64,000 nt of DNA from Panacagrimonas sp. (GTDB lineage: Bacteria; Pseudomonadota; Gammaproteobacteria; Nevskiales; Nevskiaceae), in NCBI GenBank assembly GCA_041603235.1, contig JBFIES010000012.1, forward strand, positions 33,951 to 97,950, read 5' to 3'. This document shows, piece by piece, positions 18,270 to 28,959 of the stretch. Position 1 is the first letter of the stretch, and the number at the start of each line of letters is the position of its first letter. The notes under the pieces were generated by a model that did no database searches, was not told the DNA's origin, and was given only the letters and a program-made list of their open reading frames with translations. The position numbers and the translations under genes are program-made.

Positions 18270-21200
18270 ATGCCGCTGCACGCTGCTCTGAGCCACAAGA
18301 CCGACTACAAGTACGACCGGAGGGTGACGCTGTCACCGCAGATCATTCGCCTGCGACCCGCGCCGCATTCTCGTACACGCGTGCTGAGTTATGCCCTGCG
18401 CGTTGAGCCCACACCCAATTTCATCAACTGGCAGCAGGATGCCTTTGCCAACTGGCAGGCGCGCGCGGTTTTTCCTGAACCGGTGGATCACTTCTCGGTG
18501 CATGTCGATCTGATTGCCGACATGGCGGTGTACAACCCCTTCGATTTTTTCATCGAACCCAGCGCAGAGCATTTTCCGTTCAAGTACGACAGCCTGCTGA
18601 GTCGGGACCTGGAACCTTACCTGCGCTGCGACCCATTGACGCCGGTGTTCAAGAAGACCCTCGATGAGATCTCTCTGGCACCGCAACGCACCGTCGATTT
18701 CCTGATGGGCCTCAATCAATCCTTGCAGCAGAAGATCAGTTACCTGATTCGCATGGAGCCGGGTGTGCAGACGCCGGAAGAAACCCTGAGCAAGGCTTCG
18801 GGTTCATGCCGCGACTCCGCCTGGCTCATGGTCCAATTGCTGCGCAATCTGGGGATGGCTGCGCGCTTTGTTTCCGGCTATCTGATTCAGCTCACGCCGG
18901 ATGTGAAATCACTCGACGGCCCCAGCGGAACGGAATACGACTTCACTGATCTTCACGCATGGTGCGAGGTATTCCTGCCCGGCGCCGGCTGGATCGGCTT
19001 TGATCCCACGTCCGGACTGATGACAGGCGAAGGACACATTCCCCTGTGCGCGACACCGGAGCCCTCCAGTGCTGCGCCGATCACCGGTGCGATGAGTTCG
19101 GCCAAGGGCGGCAAGATTGAAACCGAGTTTTCGCACGATATGAAGGTGACACGCGTGGAAGAAAGCGCGCGCGTGACCAAACCCTACAGCGAGGCGCAGT
19201 GGGAGCAGATTGACGCCCTGGGTTATCGGGTGGATGAGCAGATCAAGGCGAGTGATATGCGCCTGACCATGGGTGGCGAGCCCACCTTCGTCTCCATTGA
19301 CGACATGCAAGGAGATGAATGGAACACCGCGGCGCTGGGCCCCATGAAGGAGGAACTTGCTGACCAGCTGATTCAGCGACTGCGCGATCGCTTTGCTCCT
19401 GGCGGACTGATCACTTACGGTCAGGGCAAGTGGTATCCCGGCGAGCCTCTGCCGCGCTGGGCTGACGCGCTTTACTGGCGCGAAGATGGCGAGCCCGTGG
19501 TGAGTCGCGATTTCAATCAAGGCACACGAAAAGCGGATACCGCGTCTGCACAGGCATTCATCCGCGCACTCGCAGAACAACTTGGGATCAATCCCGGCTT
19601 CGCCATTCCCGGATTCGAAGATGCGTTCTACTCGGTGCACCGCGAGCAGCGTCTGCCGGACAACCTGACGCCGGAAGCAGGCAAGCTGAATAGCGCCGAA
19701 GCACGTGCGCGCATTGCCGCAGCACTATCAGAGGGTCTTGATGAGCCTGTCGGCTATGTTCTGCCTGCGCAGAAGATGGCCGGAAAGGCGCGTTGGCAAT
19801 CGGCAGCCTGGACGTTCCGGACCGGGCGCATGTTCCTGATCCCCGGTGACTCGCCCATGGGTTTGCGTCTTCCCCTGGATGCCTTGCCCTGGATTCCCAA
19901 GGAAGCCTACCCACAAATCATTCCGCTGGATTCCTTCGCCCCGCGCGCCGCGTTGCCTGCGAAATCGCAATTGCCCGCCGCACCTGCACCGACGGCGACT
20001 CAAGGCAGCGCCGACGAAGGCAATCCACGTTCCGCCATTGCGGTTCAGGCTCGCGAGGGCAGGCTTTGTGTTTTCCTGCCTCCAGTAGAAGACGCGGCAG
20101 ATTTCCTGGAACTGATCTCCTGCATCGAGCAGGCCGCGAATACGCTGGATGTGCCGGTTCGGGTGGAAGGTTATGCGCCGCCGGTCGACTCCCGGATCAA
20201 CGTGCTTCGGGTAACGCCAGACCCCGGCGTTATCGAGGTCAATATTCATCCTGCGCATTCCTGGGAGCAACTCCGCGACATCACCATAGGCTTGTATGAG
20301 GAAGCGCGGGAGAACCGGCTCGCAACCGAAAAATTCCTGATCGATGGTCGGGCAACCGGCACCGGTGGCGGCAATCACATCGTCGTCGGCGCCGCCAAAC
20401 CCGAAGATTCTCCGTTTCTGCGCCGCCCGGACATGTTGGCGAGCATGCTCCGTTTCTGGCAGAACCATCCTTCACTGAGCTATCTGTTCTCCGGATTGTT
20501 TGTGGGAACCACCTCGCAGCATCCACGCCCCGATGAGGGCCGTGACACCGCGCTGTACGAGCTGGAAATAGCGCTCGCACAGCTGCCGCAGGCCGGGAGC
20601 ATTCTGGATCAGAATCAGTTTCCGCTTTGGTGGGTGGATCGGCTGTTCCGCAATCTGCTGATTGATGTGAGCGGCAATACCCATCGCACAGAAATCTCGA
20701 TCGACAAGCTCTACTCACCCGATGGCCCCACAGGCCGTCTGGGCCTGACCGAGATTCGCAGCTTTGAAATGCCGCCACACGCACGCATGTCCCTGGTGCA
20801 GCAGTTGCTTGTCCGGGCGCTACTGGCCTCGTTCTGGAAGCAGCCTTATGAGGCGCCATTGATCCGTTGGGGCACGCGTCTTCACGACGAATTCATGCTG
20901 CCGCATTTTGTCTGGAAAGATTTTCTTGATGTGCTGGGCCAACTGCGGGGCTGGGGCTTTGGTTTTGAGGCGGCATGGTTTGATCCGCATTTCGAGTTTC
21001 GCTTTCCCAAGCATGGCGCGATCAATCACGAGGGCATCGAAATTGAGTTGCGCCATGCACTGGAGCCCTGGCCGGTTCTCGGTGAGGAGTCTGCAGGAGG
21101 GGGTACCACGCGCTTTGTAGACTCAAGTCTGGAACGCATGCAGATCAAGACGCGGGGGCTGATTCCAGGCCGTCACTTTGTCACCGTCGCAGGGCGCCGC

Positions 21201-21551
21201 CTGCCATTGCGGGCGACCGGGGTGCGGGACGAATTTGTCTGCGGCTTGAGATACCGCGCCTGGAAACCGGTGTCTGCATTGCATCCGACGATTGATGTGC
21301 ATAGCCCGCTGGGTTTTGATTTATACGATGCCCAGTACCAGCGCGCCGTCGCTGGTTGCGTGTATCACGTGATGCATCCGGCGGGTCGTAACTATGAGAC
21401 TTATCCGGTCAACAGTTACGAAGCCGAGGCGCGCCGCCTTTCGCGGTTCGAGGCCAATGGCCACTCCACGGACACTTACGTGCCGAAGCAGGAAGTACCG
21501 AATCCGGACTTCCCCTGCACGCTCGATCTACGCAGACCCAGCGGCATGTAA
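18270..21551 (+). CDS. Transglutaminase-domain protein fused to DUF2126 putative amidoligase
   Basis: N-terminal transglutaminase triad motifs GSCRDSAW, DLHAWCEVFLPGAGWIGFDPT; C-terminal TPDPGVIEVN, GTGGGNH, HRTEISIDKL, ELRHALEPW. Confidence 0.92.
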   Translation: MPLHAALSHKTDYKYDRRVTLSPQIIRLRPAPHSRTRVLSYALRVEPTPNFINWQQDAFANWQARAVFPEPVDHFSVHVDLIADMAVYNPFDFFIEPSAEHFPFKYDSLLSRDLEPYLRCDPLTPVFKKTLDEISLAPQRTVDFLMGLNQSLQQKISYLIRMEPGVQTPEETLSKASGSCRDSAWLMVQLLRNLGMAARFVSGYLIQLTPDVKSLDGPSGTEYDFTDLHAWCEVFLPGAGWIGFDPTSGLMTGEGHIPLCATPEPSSAAPITGAMSSAKGGKIETEFSHDMKVTRVEESARVTKPYSEAQWEQIDALGYRVDEQIKASDMRLTMGGEPTFVSIDDMQGDEWNTAALGPMKEELADQLIQRLRDRFAPGGLITYGQGKWYPGEPLPRWADALYWREDGEPVVSRDFNQGTRKADTASAQAFIRALAEQLGINPGFAIPGFEDAFYSVHREQRLPDNLTPEAGKLNSAEARARIAAALSEGLDEPVGYVLPAQKMAGKARWQSAAWTFRTGRMFLIPGDSPMGLRLPLDALPWIPKEAYPQIIPLDSFAPRAALPAKSQLPAAPAPTATQGSADEGNPRSAIAVQAREGRLCVFLPPVEDAADFLELISCIEQAANTLDVPVRVEGYAPPVDSRINVLRVTPDPGVIEVNIHPAHSWEQLRDITIGLYEEARENRLATEKFLIDGRATGTGGGNHIVVGAAKPEDSPFLRRPDMLASMLRFWQNHPSLSYLFSGLFVGTTSQHPRPDEGRDTALYELEIALAQLPQAGSILDQNQFPLWWVDRLFRNLLIDVSGNTHRTEISIDKLYSPDGPTGRLGLTEIRSFEMPPHARMSLVQQLLVRALLASFWKQPYEAPLIRWGTRLHDEFMLPHFVWKDFLDVLGQLRGWGFGFEAAWFDPHFEFRFPKHGAINHEGIEIELRHALEPWPVLGEESAGGGTTRFVDSSLERMQIKTRGLIPGRHFVTVAGRRLPLRATGVRDEFVCGLRYRAWKPVSALHPTIDVHSPLGFDLYDAQYQRAVAGCVYHVMHPAGRNYETYPVNSYEAEARRLSRFEANGHSTDTYVPKQEVPNPDFPCTLDLRRPSGM

Positions 21552-21565
21552 GCTTGCTGTGATTC

Positions 21566-21593
21566 AAGGGCGCGGTCCTGACCGCGCCCTTTG
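21566..21593. terminator. Bidirectional terminator hairpin
   Basis: aagggcgcggt-cctg-accgcgccctt between convergent genes. Confidence 0.8.
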
Positions 21594-21608
21594 CAAGCCA
21601 GTCGCTTT

Positions 21609-23099
21609 TTAGTTAGCGGTCAGTGGTGCGAGCGCAATGATGTCCAGGAAGGGCTGCGGATATAGACCGAGCACAAAGCTGGCGAGCGTGACTGCCAACA
21701 CGACGGCACCGCCAGTCTGCAAGCCCCAGTTTCTGGGCGCTTCAAAGCGTTCCTGACTGTCGCGGTCCATGAACATGATGATCATGAGCCTGAGGTAGTA
21801 GAACAGACCAATCGCGCTACCGAGCACCACACCGCCCAGCAACCACCATTGCTGCGCATCGACACCGGCCATGATGACGTAGAACTTGCCGATGAATCCT
21901 GCGGTGGCCGGAATGCCTGCCAGCGACAGCAGCATCGCGGTAAGAATGGAGCTGATGTAGGGGCGACGCCAGAACAGGCCACGGTAATCCTCAAGCTGGT
22001 CAGCATCACCTTCGTTGTTGAAGGGGCTGGACAGCAGGGTCACAACGCCGAGAACACCGAGTGTTGTCACCACGTAGGTCAGGATGTAGACGCCCACGGC
22101 CTCAACGGCGAACTCGCCGGAGGAAATAAGCGCCACCAAGCAGTAGCCAAAGTGTGCGATGGAGGAATACGCCAGCATTCGCTTGACGTTGTCCTGCAGC
22201 AGAGCCAGCACATTGCCCACGATCATGGACAGGATGGCCAGGACGGTCAGCACATTGAGCAGGTTCGCACTCTCATAGACCTGGGCCTCGATGAAGTATC
22301 GAAGCAGTACGGCAAACACGGCTGTCTTGCTCGCAGTGGCCAGGAACGAGGTGACCGGCGCGGGCGCTGCTTCATATACGTCCGGTGTCCACAGGTGGAA
22401 AGGAACCACGGACAGCTTGAAGCCGATGGCGACCAGGATCATCGCGCTCCCCAGACCAACGATGCCGTCGAGTGATTCAGCCTGTACGAAATACTGACCG
22501 ATCTTGTCGAAGCTCATGTCTCCGACCTGAGCGTAGACCAATGCCATGCCGAACAGCAGGAACGCGGATGCAGCGGCGGACAGGATCAGGTACTTGAGGC
22601 CGCCTTCGAGTGCGCCACGCGATTGCGTCGGGTAGGCAATCATCGCGTAAAGCGGGATGGACAGCAGTTCCAGGCCGATGAAGAAGGAGGCGAAGTGGCA
22701 GCTCGACACCAGCACCATGCCGCCCAGGGCCGCGAGCGCCAGAAGAAGATACATCTCTTCCTTGTTGCCCTTGTAGCCTTCCAGATAGCCATGCGACAAG
22801 GTGGCGCAAGCTAAGGTACAGACACTGATAATGCCGCAGTAGAACAGTGCGTAGTTGTCGATGCGCAACAGGGGTGTGACCTGGATCGGCAAGATTTTGG
22901 GCACGACTTCCGGGGCCAGCGCGGGGCCGAAGAACAAGATCGCCACGGAAACCCAGGCCAGGTTTCCAAAGAAGATCCCGACGGTCGGATTCCAGAAATG
23001 GTGACGCTTGATGGCGATCGCCAGCATCACCGCAATGACCGCAATGCTGGTGAAAAGGATGGGCGACAGGGCGGCCCAGTGGTGCCAGGTCATGCTCAT
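21609..23099 (-). CDS. nuoN: NADH:quinone oxidoreductase subunit N
   Basis: FIGLELLSIPLY, GFKLSVVPFHLWTPDVYE, KRMLAYSSIAH. Confidence 0.97.
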   Translation of the reverse strand: MSMTWHHWAALSPILFTSIAVIAVMLAIAIKRHHFWNPTVGIFFGNLAWVSVAILFFGPALAPEVVPKILPIQVTPLLRIDNYALFYCGIISVCTLACATLSHGYLEGYKGNKEEMYLLLALAALGGMVLVSSCHFASFFIGLELLSIPLYAMIAYPTQSRGALEGGLKYLILSAAASAFLLFGMALVYAQVGDMSFDKIGQYFVQAESLDGIVGLGSAMILVAIGFKLSVVPFHLWTPDVYEAAPAPVTSFLATASKTAVFAVLLRYFIEAQVYESANLLNVLTVLAILSMIVGNVLALLQDNVKRMLAYSSIAHFGYCLVALISSGEFAVEAVGVYILTYVVTTLGVLGVVTLLSSPFNNEGDADQLEDYRGLFWRRPYISSILTAMLLSLAGIPATAGFIGKFYVIMAGVDAQQWWLLGGVVLGSAIGLFYYLRLMIIMFMDRDSQERFEAPRNWGLQTGGAVVLAVTLASFVLGLYPQPFLDIIALAPLTAN

Positions 23100-24661
23100 G
23101 GCGTCACTCCATTGCTGGCAGCTGCAGTGAGCGCTTCAACAGGTTGCGCGGTGGCATAGATTGCGGCGACATGCTGCATGGAGGCGGCCGAGGTATCGAG
23201 GAATGACTGTGGATACAAACCGATCCACAACATGATGATCATCAGCGTGCCCAGCATGACGAGTTCGCGTTTTGAGAGATCTTCCAGATGTTCCGGGAGT
23301 TCGTCTGTCTGGCTGGGGCCATGGAATGCCCGCTGAATCAGCATCAGGGAGTACACAGCTGCAATGATCAGGCCCGTAGACGCGAAGATGGTGACGATGG
23401 GATCAATATTCCAGGAGCCGACCAGGATCAGGAACTCGCCGACGAAATTGCCCAGGCCCGGAAGACCAAGAGAGGCCGCCACAAAGAACAGCATGATCGG
23501 TGGCAGATAGGGGAAGCGCGACCACAAGCCGCCCATCTTTCTCAGGTCTCGGGTGTGCATGCGCTCATAGATCTCACCGCAGAGGATGAACAGGGCGCCA
23601 GCGGAAATTCCGTGCGCCAGCATCTGGATGACAACGCCCTGCAAGGCGATCTCGGTTCCTGCATAAATCCCGATGAGCACGAATCCCATGTGCGAGATCG
23701 AGGAGTAGGCAACCAGCCGTTTCACATCGGTTTGTGCAAATACCAGGATGCCTGCGTAAATAATGCCGGCAACACCCAGCCACATGGCGATCGGCGCGAA
23801 CTCCGCCGAAGCATTGGGGAAAATCGGAATGGCAAAGCGCAGCATGCCGTAAGCCGCAGTCTTGAGCAGAATTCCGGCGAGGTCGACCGAGCCTGCTGTC
23901 GGCGCCTGTGAGTGGGCGTCTGGCAACCAGCTATGCAGCGGTACTGCAGGTGTCTTTACCGCGAAGGCAAAGAAGAATCCGAGCATGAGAATGTATTCAA
24001 CATTCGCACTCATCTCCGTCTTGAGCAGGTCTTCGTAATTGAAGGTGATGACGCCGGTGCCCTGATAATTGACGAATACCAATCCCAGGATGGCGAGCAA
24101 CATCACCAGACCCGAAGCCTGCGTGAAGAGGAAGAACTTGGTAGCCGCGTACACCTTGCCCTTTCCGCCTGGGGTGTCATGCCCCCACAGTGCGATCAGG
24201 AAGTACATCGGAACCAGCATCATCTCCCAGAGGAAGAAGAACAGGAACAGATCGAGCGTGAGGAACACGCCCACCACGCCACCCAGATTCCACAGCAGAT
24301 TGAGGTGGAAGAATCCGACGTTGCGATCAATTTCCCGCCAGGAGCAGATGATGGCCATCACGCCCAGCAGGTTGGTAAGCAGAATCAGCAGGATGGAAAG
24401 ACCATCCAGTGCGAAGTGGAACGAGATACCCAATCTCGGAATCCACGGCGCCTGATACTCGATCACCCACGTCGGGGCTTCGCCAACCAGCGACGGCAGG
24501 CTGTAGTCGTAGCTCAGCCAGAGATAGATGGAGATGCCGCTGGCGATCAGCATGCCGGCCAGCGCAATCCATCGCGGGTACTTGGTGCCGAAGCGAAGTT
24601 CAGCCTGCCAGCTCAGCAGGCCGGCAATGAAGGGGATGAGGATGAGCCAGACAAGGACCAT
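23096..24661 (-). CDS. nuoM: NADH:quinone oxidoreductase subunit M
   Basis: FWEMMLVPMYFLI-like motif, PLHSWLPDAHSQAPTAGS, KRLVAYSSISHMG. Confidence 0.97.
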   Translation of the reverse strand: MVLVWLILIPFIAGLLSWQAELRFGTKYPRWIALAGMLIASGISIYLWLSYDYSLPSLVGEAPTWVIEYQAPWIPRLGISFHFALDGLSILLILLTNLLGVMAIICSWREIDRNVGFFHLNLLWNLGGVVGVFLTLDLFLFFFLWEMMLVPMYFLIALWGHDTPGGKGKVYAATKFFLFTQASGLVMLLAILGLVFVNYQGTGVITFNYEDLLKTEMSANVEYILMLGFFFAFAVKTPAVPLHSWLPDAHSQAPTAGSVDLAGILLKTAAYGMLRFAIPIFPNASAEFAPIAMWLGVAGIIYAGILVFAQTDVKRLVAYSSISHMGFVLIGIYAGTEIALQGVVIQMLAHGISAGALFILCGEIYERMHTRDLRKMGGLWSRFPYLPPIMLFFVAASLGLPGLGNFVGEFLILVGSWNIDPIVTIFASTGLIIAAVYSLMLIQRAFHGPSQTDELPEHLEDLSKRELVMLGTLMIIMLWIGLYPQSFLDTSAASMQHVAAIYATAQPVEALTAAASNGVTP

Positions 24662-24668
24662 GGCGGCG

Positions 24669-26516
24669 TCAGATTAGAACTACGGCGGCAACGACAAAGA
24701 CAGCCCCGGCACCCAATGCAGCGGCATACCAGCGCACCATGCCGTTCTGGCTTTGTGCAAACCAGCCATTGAGAATGCGGAACGTCTCGGGAATCAGGCC
24801 AATGGCCTGATCAAAGATATCTTTGGCGTTGATGCGAACGAACGCCAGATAGGGTTTGACGAAGAGCTTGTCGTAGAGCCAGTCAAATCCGAAGGCCTCA
24901 CGCCACCAGACCAGAATGGGGTTGCCCGATTGCTGGAGCGCAATGGCGCGCTGGTGCGAGCGTCCGAATATGAGCCAGGCGAGCAAGACGCCAGCCAGTG
25001 ACACACCGACAGAGAGATATCCCACCATGGAATGCTTCTGCATCAGTTCGGCACTGAATTCCTGGGCGGGCAGTACCTGATCCAGTGGCAGATGGATATA
25101 GCCGCCTAGCAGTGCGGCAACAGCCAGTACAGCCAGCGGCAAATGGTGCGAGAACAATCCCTTTGGCTTTTCGACGCCGTGGTGATTCGCCGGCCCGAAG
25201 AAGGTGATGAAGATCATTCGGAAGGTGTACAGCCCGGTCATGAAAGCGCCGAACAAACCCAGATAGAAGAGATGATGGTTTCCGCTGGCATATGCCTCGA
25301 ACAGGATCTCGTCCTTGGAGAAATATCCCGAGGTAAATGGTGCGGCGATCAGGGCCAGGGAGCCGATCAGGAAGACAGCGAAGGTAAACGGAATCTCTTT
25401 CCACAACCTGCCCATCTTGAACATGTTCTGCTCATGATGGACGGCGAGAATTACCGAGCCTGCTGCGAGGAACAGCAGCGCCTTGAAGAAGGCGTGGGTC
25501 ATCAGGTGGAAAACCGCCATCTGATAGGCGCCGGCACCGAGCGCCATGAACATGTAACCGATCTGCGACATGGTGGAATAAGCCAGCACCCGCTTGATGT
25601 CGCTCTGCATCAGCGCAATGAAACCAGCCATGACGGCGGTCAGACCACCGACCCAGCCCACGGCTTCCAAGCCGATGGGGGACAGCTCAAAGAGCGGATG
25701 GGTACGCGCGATCAGATACACGCCCGCCGTAACCATCGTCGCGGCATGAATCAGTGCCGAAACCGGTGTTGGACCGACCATCGCGTCGGGCAGCCATGTT
25801 TGCAGCGGCAACTGCGCTGATTTACCCACCGCACCGCCCAACAACATCATCACGGCGAAAGTGCAGATCAGCGGGCCGTCTTTCCACTCAACCGATGCTT
25901 GGCTCAGCATGTCCTGGATGTTCAAGGTGCCGAACTGATGGAACAGGATGAACAGGCCGATGGCCATGAAAGTGTCGCCAACGCGCGTGATGACGAAAGC
26001 CTTGCGAGCGCAGTATCCGTTCTGCGCGTCCTTGTACCAGAAGCCAATGAGCAGGTACGAGGCCAGGCCAACACCCTCCCAACCAAAGTAGAGGAAGAGC
26101 AGGTTGTCGCCGAGGACCAGGAACAACATGGAGGCGACAAACAGATTCATGTACGACAGGAAGCGATCGTAGCTGTCATCACCTCGCATGTACCAGGAGG
26201 CGAACAGGTGAATAAAGAAGCCAACACCGGTAATGACGTTGAGCATCACCAAAGATAAACCGTCCAGTCGCAGGGCGAAGTCGACGCTCAGGTTTCCGGT
26301 CTGCAACCACTGCCAGAGGTGCTGGGTATACGCGCCGCCTTCAGACTGCGATTGCAGGAAGGTGACGGAGCACGCGATCGCCACCAGAAAGGCTGCACCA
26401 ACAGAGCCAACGCCGATGATGGCGGCCGGCGTATCCGCCAGTTTCCCGCGGGCGAAAGCCAGGGTTGTGAAACCCAGCAGGGGGAATACAAACGTGAGGT
26501 AGAGGTAATCCAGCAT
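24669..26516 (-). CDS. nuoL: NADH:quinone oxidoreductase subunit L
   Basis: GWEGVGLASYLLIGFW, GKSAQLPLQTWLPDAM, ALIHAATMVTAG. Confidence 0.98.
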   Translation of the reverse strand: MLDYLYLTFVFPLLGFTTLAFARGKLADTPAAIIGVGSVGAAFLVAIACSVTFLQSQSEGGAYTQHLWQWLQTGNLSVDFALRLDGLSLVMLNVITGVGFFIHLFASWYMRGDDSYDRFLSYMNLFVASMLFLVLGDNLLFLYFGWEGVGLASYLLIGFWYKDAQNGYCARKAFVITRVGDTFMAIGLFILFHQFGTLNIQDMLSQASVEWKDGPLICTFAVMMLLGGAVGKSAQLPLQTWLPDAMVGPTPVSALIHAATMVTAGVYLIARTHPLFELSPIGLEAVGWVGGLTAVMAGFIALMQSDIKRVLAYSTMSQIGYMFMALGAGAYQMAVFHLMTHAFFKALLFLAAGSVILAVHHEQNMFKMGRLWKEIPFTFAVFLIGSLALIAAPFTSGYFSKDEILFEAYASGNHHLFYLGLFGAFMTGLYTFRMIFITFFGPANHHGVEKPKGLFSHHLPLAVLAVAALLGGYIHLPLDQVLPAQEFSAELMQKHSMVGYLSVGVSLAGVLLAWLIFGRSHQRAIALQQSGNPILVWWREAFGFDWLYDKLFVKPYLAFVRINAKDIFDQAIGLIPETFRILNGWFAQSQNGMVRWYAAALGAGAVFVVAAVVLI

Positions 26517-26839
26517 CAGCCTTTCATCTCCGATGCGGCATCAACATCAAGCGAGCCGAATCTGCGGTAGAGCTGCAACAGAAGGGCAAGCCCGACACAG
26601 GCTTCACACGCCGCCAACGTCAGGATCATCAAGAACATGATCTGGCCGTCGGCCTGCTGCCATCGGCTGCCCGCGACCACAAATGCAACTGCTGCGGAGT
26701 TCATCATCACTTCCAGCGACATCAGCATGAACAGCACATTTCGACGCACAAGCAAACCCAGCAGCCCCAGCGTGAACAACACGCCGGCCAGTGCGAGGCC
26801 ATGCTCCATCGGTATGCCGCTTAGGTCTGTCATCCCCAA
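26516..26839 (-). CDS. nuoK: NADH:quinone oxidoreductase subunit K
   Basis: [27 protein letters not shown]; start uncertain by a few codons. Confidence 0.96.
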   Translation of the reverse strand: MGMTDLSGIPMEHGLALAGVLFTLGLLGLLVRRNVLFMLMSLEVMMNSAAVAFVVAGSRWQQADGQIMFLMILTLAACEACVGLALLLQLYRRFGSLDVDAASEMKG

Positions 26840-26889
26840 TTTCTCACATCAGATTCTGTCGTGTCGTGACTTGATAACTGCGTACGCAT

Positions 26890-27390
26890 CTAGTCTTGTG
26901 TGACTTCGTGTTTGCCCAGGTGATAGGCGGCAACCAGGCCTGCGGTGAGCATCATGGATGCCAGTTCCACCGCGAGCAGATATGGGCCGTAAAGCTGTAT
27001 GCCCACTTCCTTGGCGCCCACTTCCTCCAGTGCTGCCGGTGTCTGCTCTCCGCTCAGCATCAGGTGCAGAATCGGAAACAGAAGCAGCGAACACAGAATG
27101 CCGGGGCCAATCCATACCGAGGGCTTGAGCCATTCCTGTTCTTTCCGTGTGACTGCCTCTCCCAGATTGAGCATCATCACAACGAAGACGAACAGAACCA
27201 GAATTGCCCCCGCGTAGACAATAATTTCCAGCATGGCTGCAAACGGCGCGCCCAAGGTGAAAAACACCGTGGCTATTGCGAGCAAGGACGTCACCAGAAA
27301 CATCAGTGCGTGAACCGGGTTGGGGTTCACGATCACCAGAATGGTGGCGATGATGGCGACGAAGCCTGCGAGGTAGAAAGTAAATTCCAT
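26890..27390 (-). CDS. nuoJ: NADH:quinone oxidoreductase subunit J
   Basis: NPVHAL, EIIVYAGAILVLFVFVVMMLN. Confidence 0.96.
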   Translation of the reverse strand: MEFTFYLAGFVAIIATILVIVNPNPVHALMFLVTSLLAIATVFFTLGAPFAAMLEIIVYAGAILVLFVFVVMMLNLGEAVTRKEQEWLKPSVWIGPGILCSLLLFPILHLMLSGEQTPAALEEVGAKEVGIQLYGPYLLAVELASMMLTAGLVAAYHLGKHEVTQD

Positions 27391-27394
27391 GGCG

Positions 27395-27937
27395 TCAGGG
27401 CATCAGGCTCTTCACGTCGATGGGCTTGGCCTCGTTCAGGGCCTCACCCTTGCCCTTGTCCTTGATGGCAAGGCCGGCGACGCGGTAGAAGTTGTAGTCA
27501 GGATATTTGCCCGGCCCGCTGATGGTCAGGTGCTCCTTCTCATAAACGAGATTCTGGCGATCGTACTCACACATTTCAAAGTCAGGTGTGAGCTGAATGG
27601 CCGTCGTCGGGCAGGCTTCTTCGCACAGACCACAGAAGATGCAGCGGGAAAAGTTGATGCGGAAAAACTCGGGATACCAGCGCCCGTCTTCCTTCTCTGC
27701 CTTCTGCAGTGAGATACATCCGACCGGGCAGGCAACCGCGCACAGATTGCAGGCCACGCAGCGTTCTTCGCCATCTGGATCGCGCGTGAGCACGATGCGG
27801 CCACGGTAGCGTGGTGGCAGATAAGGCTGGACTTCCGGATAGGAGATGGTGTCGCGCTTGCGGAAGCTGTGCATGAAGATCATGCCAATGCTCCGGAACT
27901 GCGTTCCGATTCCTTTCATGACGCTTGAAAAGCTCAC
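27395..27937 (-). CDS. nuoI: NADH:quinone oxidoreductase subunit I
   Basis: Two ferredoxin motifs [12 protein letters not shown] and [12 protein letters not shown]; GTG start at 27937 after GGAG. Confidence 0.98.
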   Translation of the reverse strand: MSFSSVMKGIGTQFRSIGMIFMHSFRKRDTISYPEVQPYLPPRYRGRIVLTRDPDGEERCVACNLCAVACPVGCISLQKAEKEDGRWYPEFFRINFSRCIFCGLCEEACPTTAIQLTPDFEMCEYDRQNLVYEKEHLTISGPGKYPDYNFYRVAGLAIKDKGKGEALNEAKPIDVKSLMP

Positions 27938-27938
27938 G

Positions 27939-28958
27939 TCACGCTCCTCCAGATTGAGTGGCAACAATGACCAGGCCGGTCACCATCACATTGATAAGAG
28001 TCAACGGCAGACATACCTTCCAGCCCGCAGACATCATGTGGTCATAGCGGGGACGCGGAAGCGCCGCGCGCAGAAGAATGAAGCTGCTCATGAACATGAA
28101 GGTCTTGGCCGCGAATGCGAAGAAGGACAGGATTGGGCCTTCATTATCCACGAAGGGCACATCCCAGCCGCCGAAGAACAGCACCACGATGATGGCAGAC
28201 ACCAGCACGATTCCAACGTACTCGCCAACGAAGAACATGCCGAACTTCATCGAGGAGTACTCGGTGTGGAATCCGGCCGCCAGCTCCTGCTCTGCTTCTG
28301 GCAAATCGAAGGGTGTGCGATGCGTGGTGGCCACGCCGGCAAGTGCGAAGGTGACGAAACCGAAGAACTGCGGAATGACATTCCAAACGCCCAGTTCCTG
28401 CTGCGAGGTCACCACATCCACCAAGGAGAAACTGCCTGCCATCATCACGACGCCCATGATGGAAAGGCCCATGAAGACCTCGTAAGTGATCATCTGCGCA
28501 GACGATCGCAGGCCGCCCAGCAACGCATACTTGCTGTTGGACGCCCAGCCGCCGAGCATCACGGCATAGACACCGAGACCGCAGATGGCCAGGAACAGAA
28601 GAATGCCCAGGTTCAGATCTGCCACGCCGAGCCAGGGCGTCAAGGGAATGACCATGAATCCCAGCATCATGGTGCTCATGGCGATCATCGGCGCAATCCA
28701 GAACATGACCTTGTCCGCGAAGGGCGGCGTCCAGTCTTCCTTCATGAAGATCTTGATCATGTCGGCAATAACGATGCCCAGCCCCAATGGGCCGACGCGG
28801 TTCGGGCCGTAACGATCCTGCCAGAGTCCCAGCAAGCGGCGCTCGAGCCAGATCATCCATGCGGCAGTCAGGACCAAGCCGACCAGAATGACGGCAGCCT
28901 CCACCATGCTGAGCACGATGCTGATCAACTCGGGCGTAATCCAGGCAGGCAAACTCAT
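27939..28958 (-). CDS. nuoH: NADH:quinone oxidoreductase subunit H
   Basis: [32 protein letters not shown]; ATG at 28958. Confidence 0.98.
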   Translation of the reverse strand: MSLPAWITPELISIVLSMVEAAVILVGLVLTAAWMIWLERRLLGLWQDRYGPNRVGPLGLGIVIADMIKIFMKEDWTPPFADKVMFWIAPMIAMSTMMLGFMVIPLTPWLGVADLNLGILLFLAICGLGVYAVMLGGWASNSKYALLGGLRSSAQMITYEVFMGLSIMGVVMMAGSFSLVDVVTSQQELGVWNVIPQFFGFVTFALAGVATTHRTPFDLPEAEQELAAGFHTEYSSMKFGMFFVGEYVGIVLVSAIIVVLFFGGWDVPFVDNEGPILSFFAFAAKTFMFMSSFILLRAALPRPRYDHMMSAGWKVCLPLTLINVMVTGLVIVATQSGGA

Positions 28959-28959
28959 C

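Noticed and set aside
26849-27133. 94-aa minus-strand ORF between nuoJ and nuoK
   Set aside because: Mostly overlaps nuoJ in another frame; the real gap is only about 50 bp.
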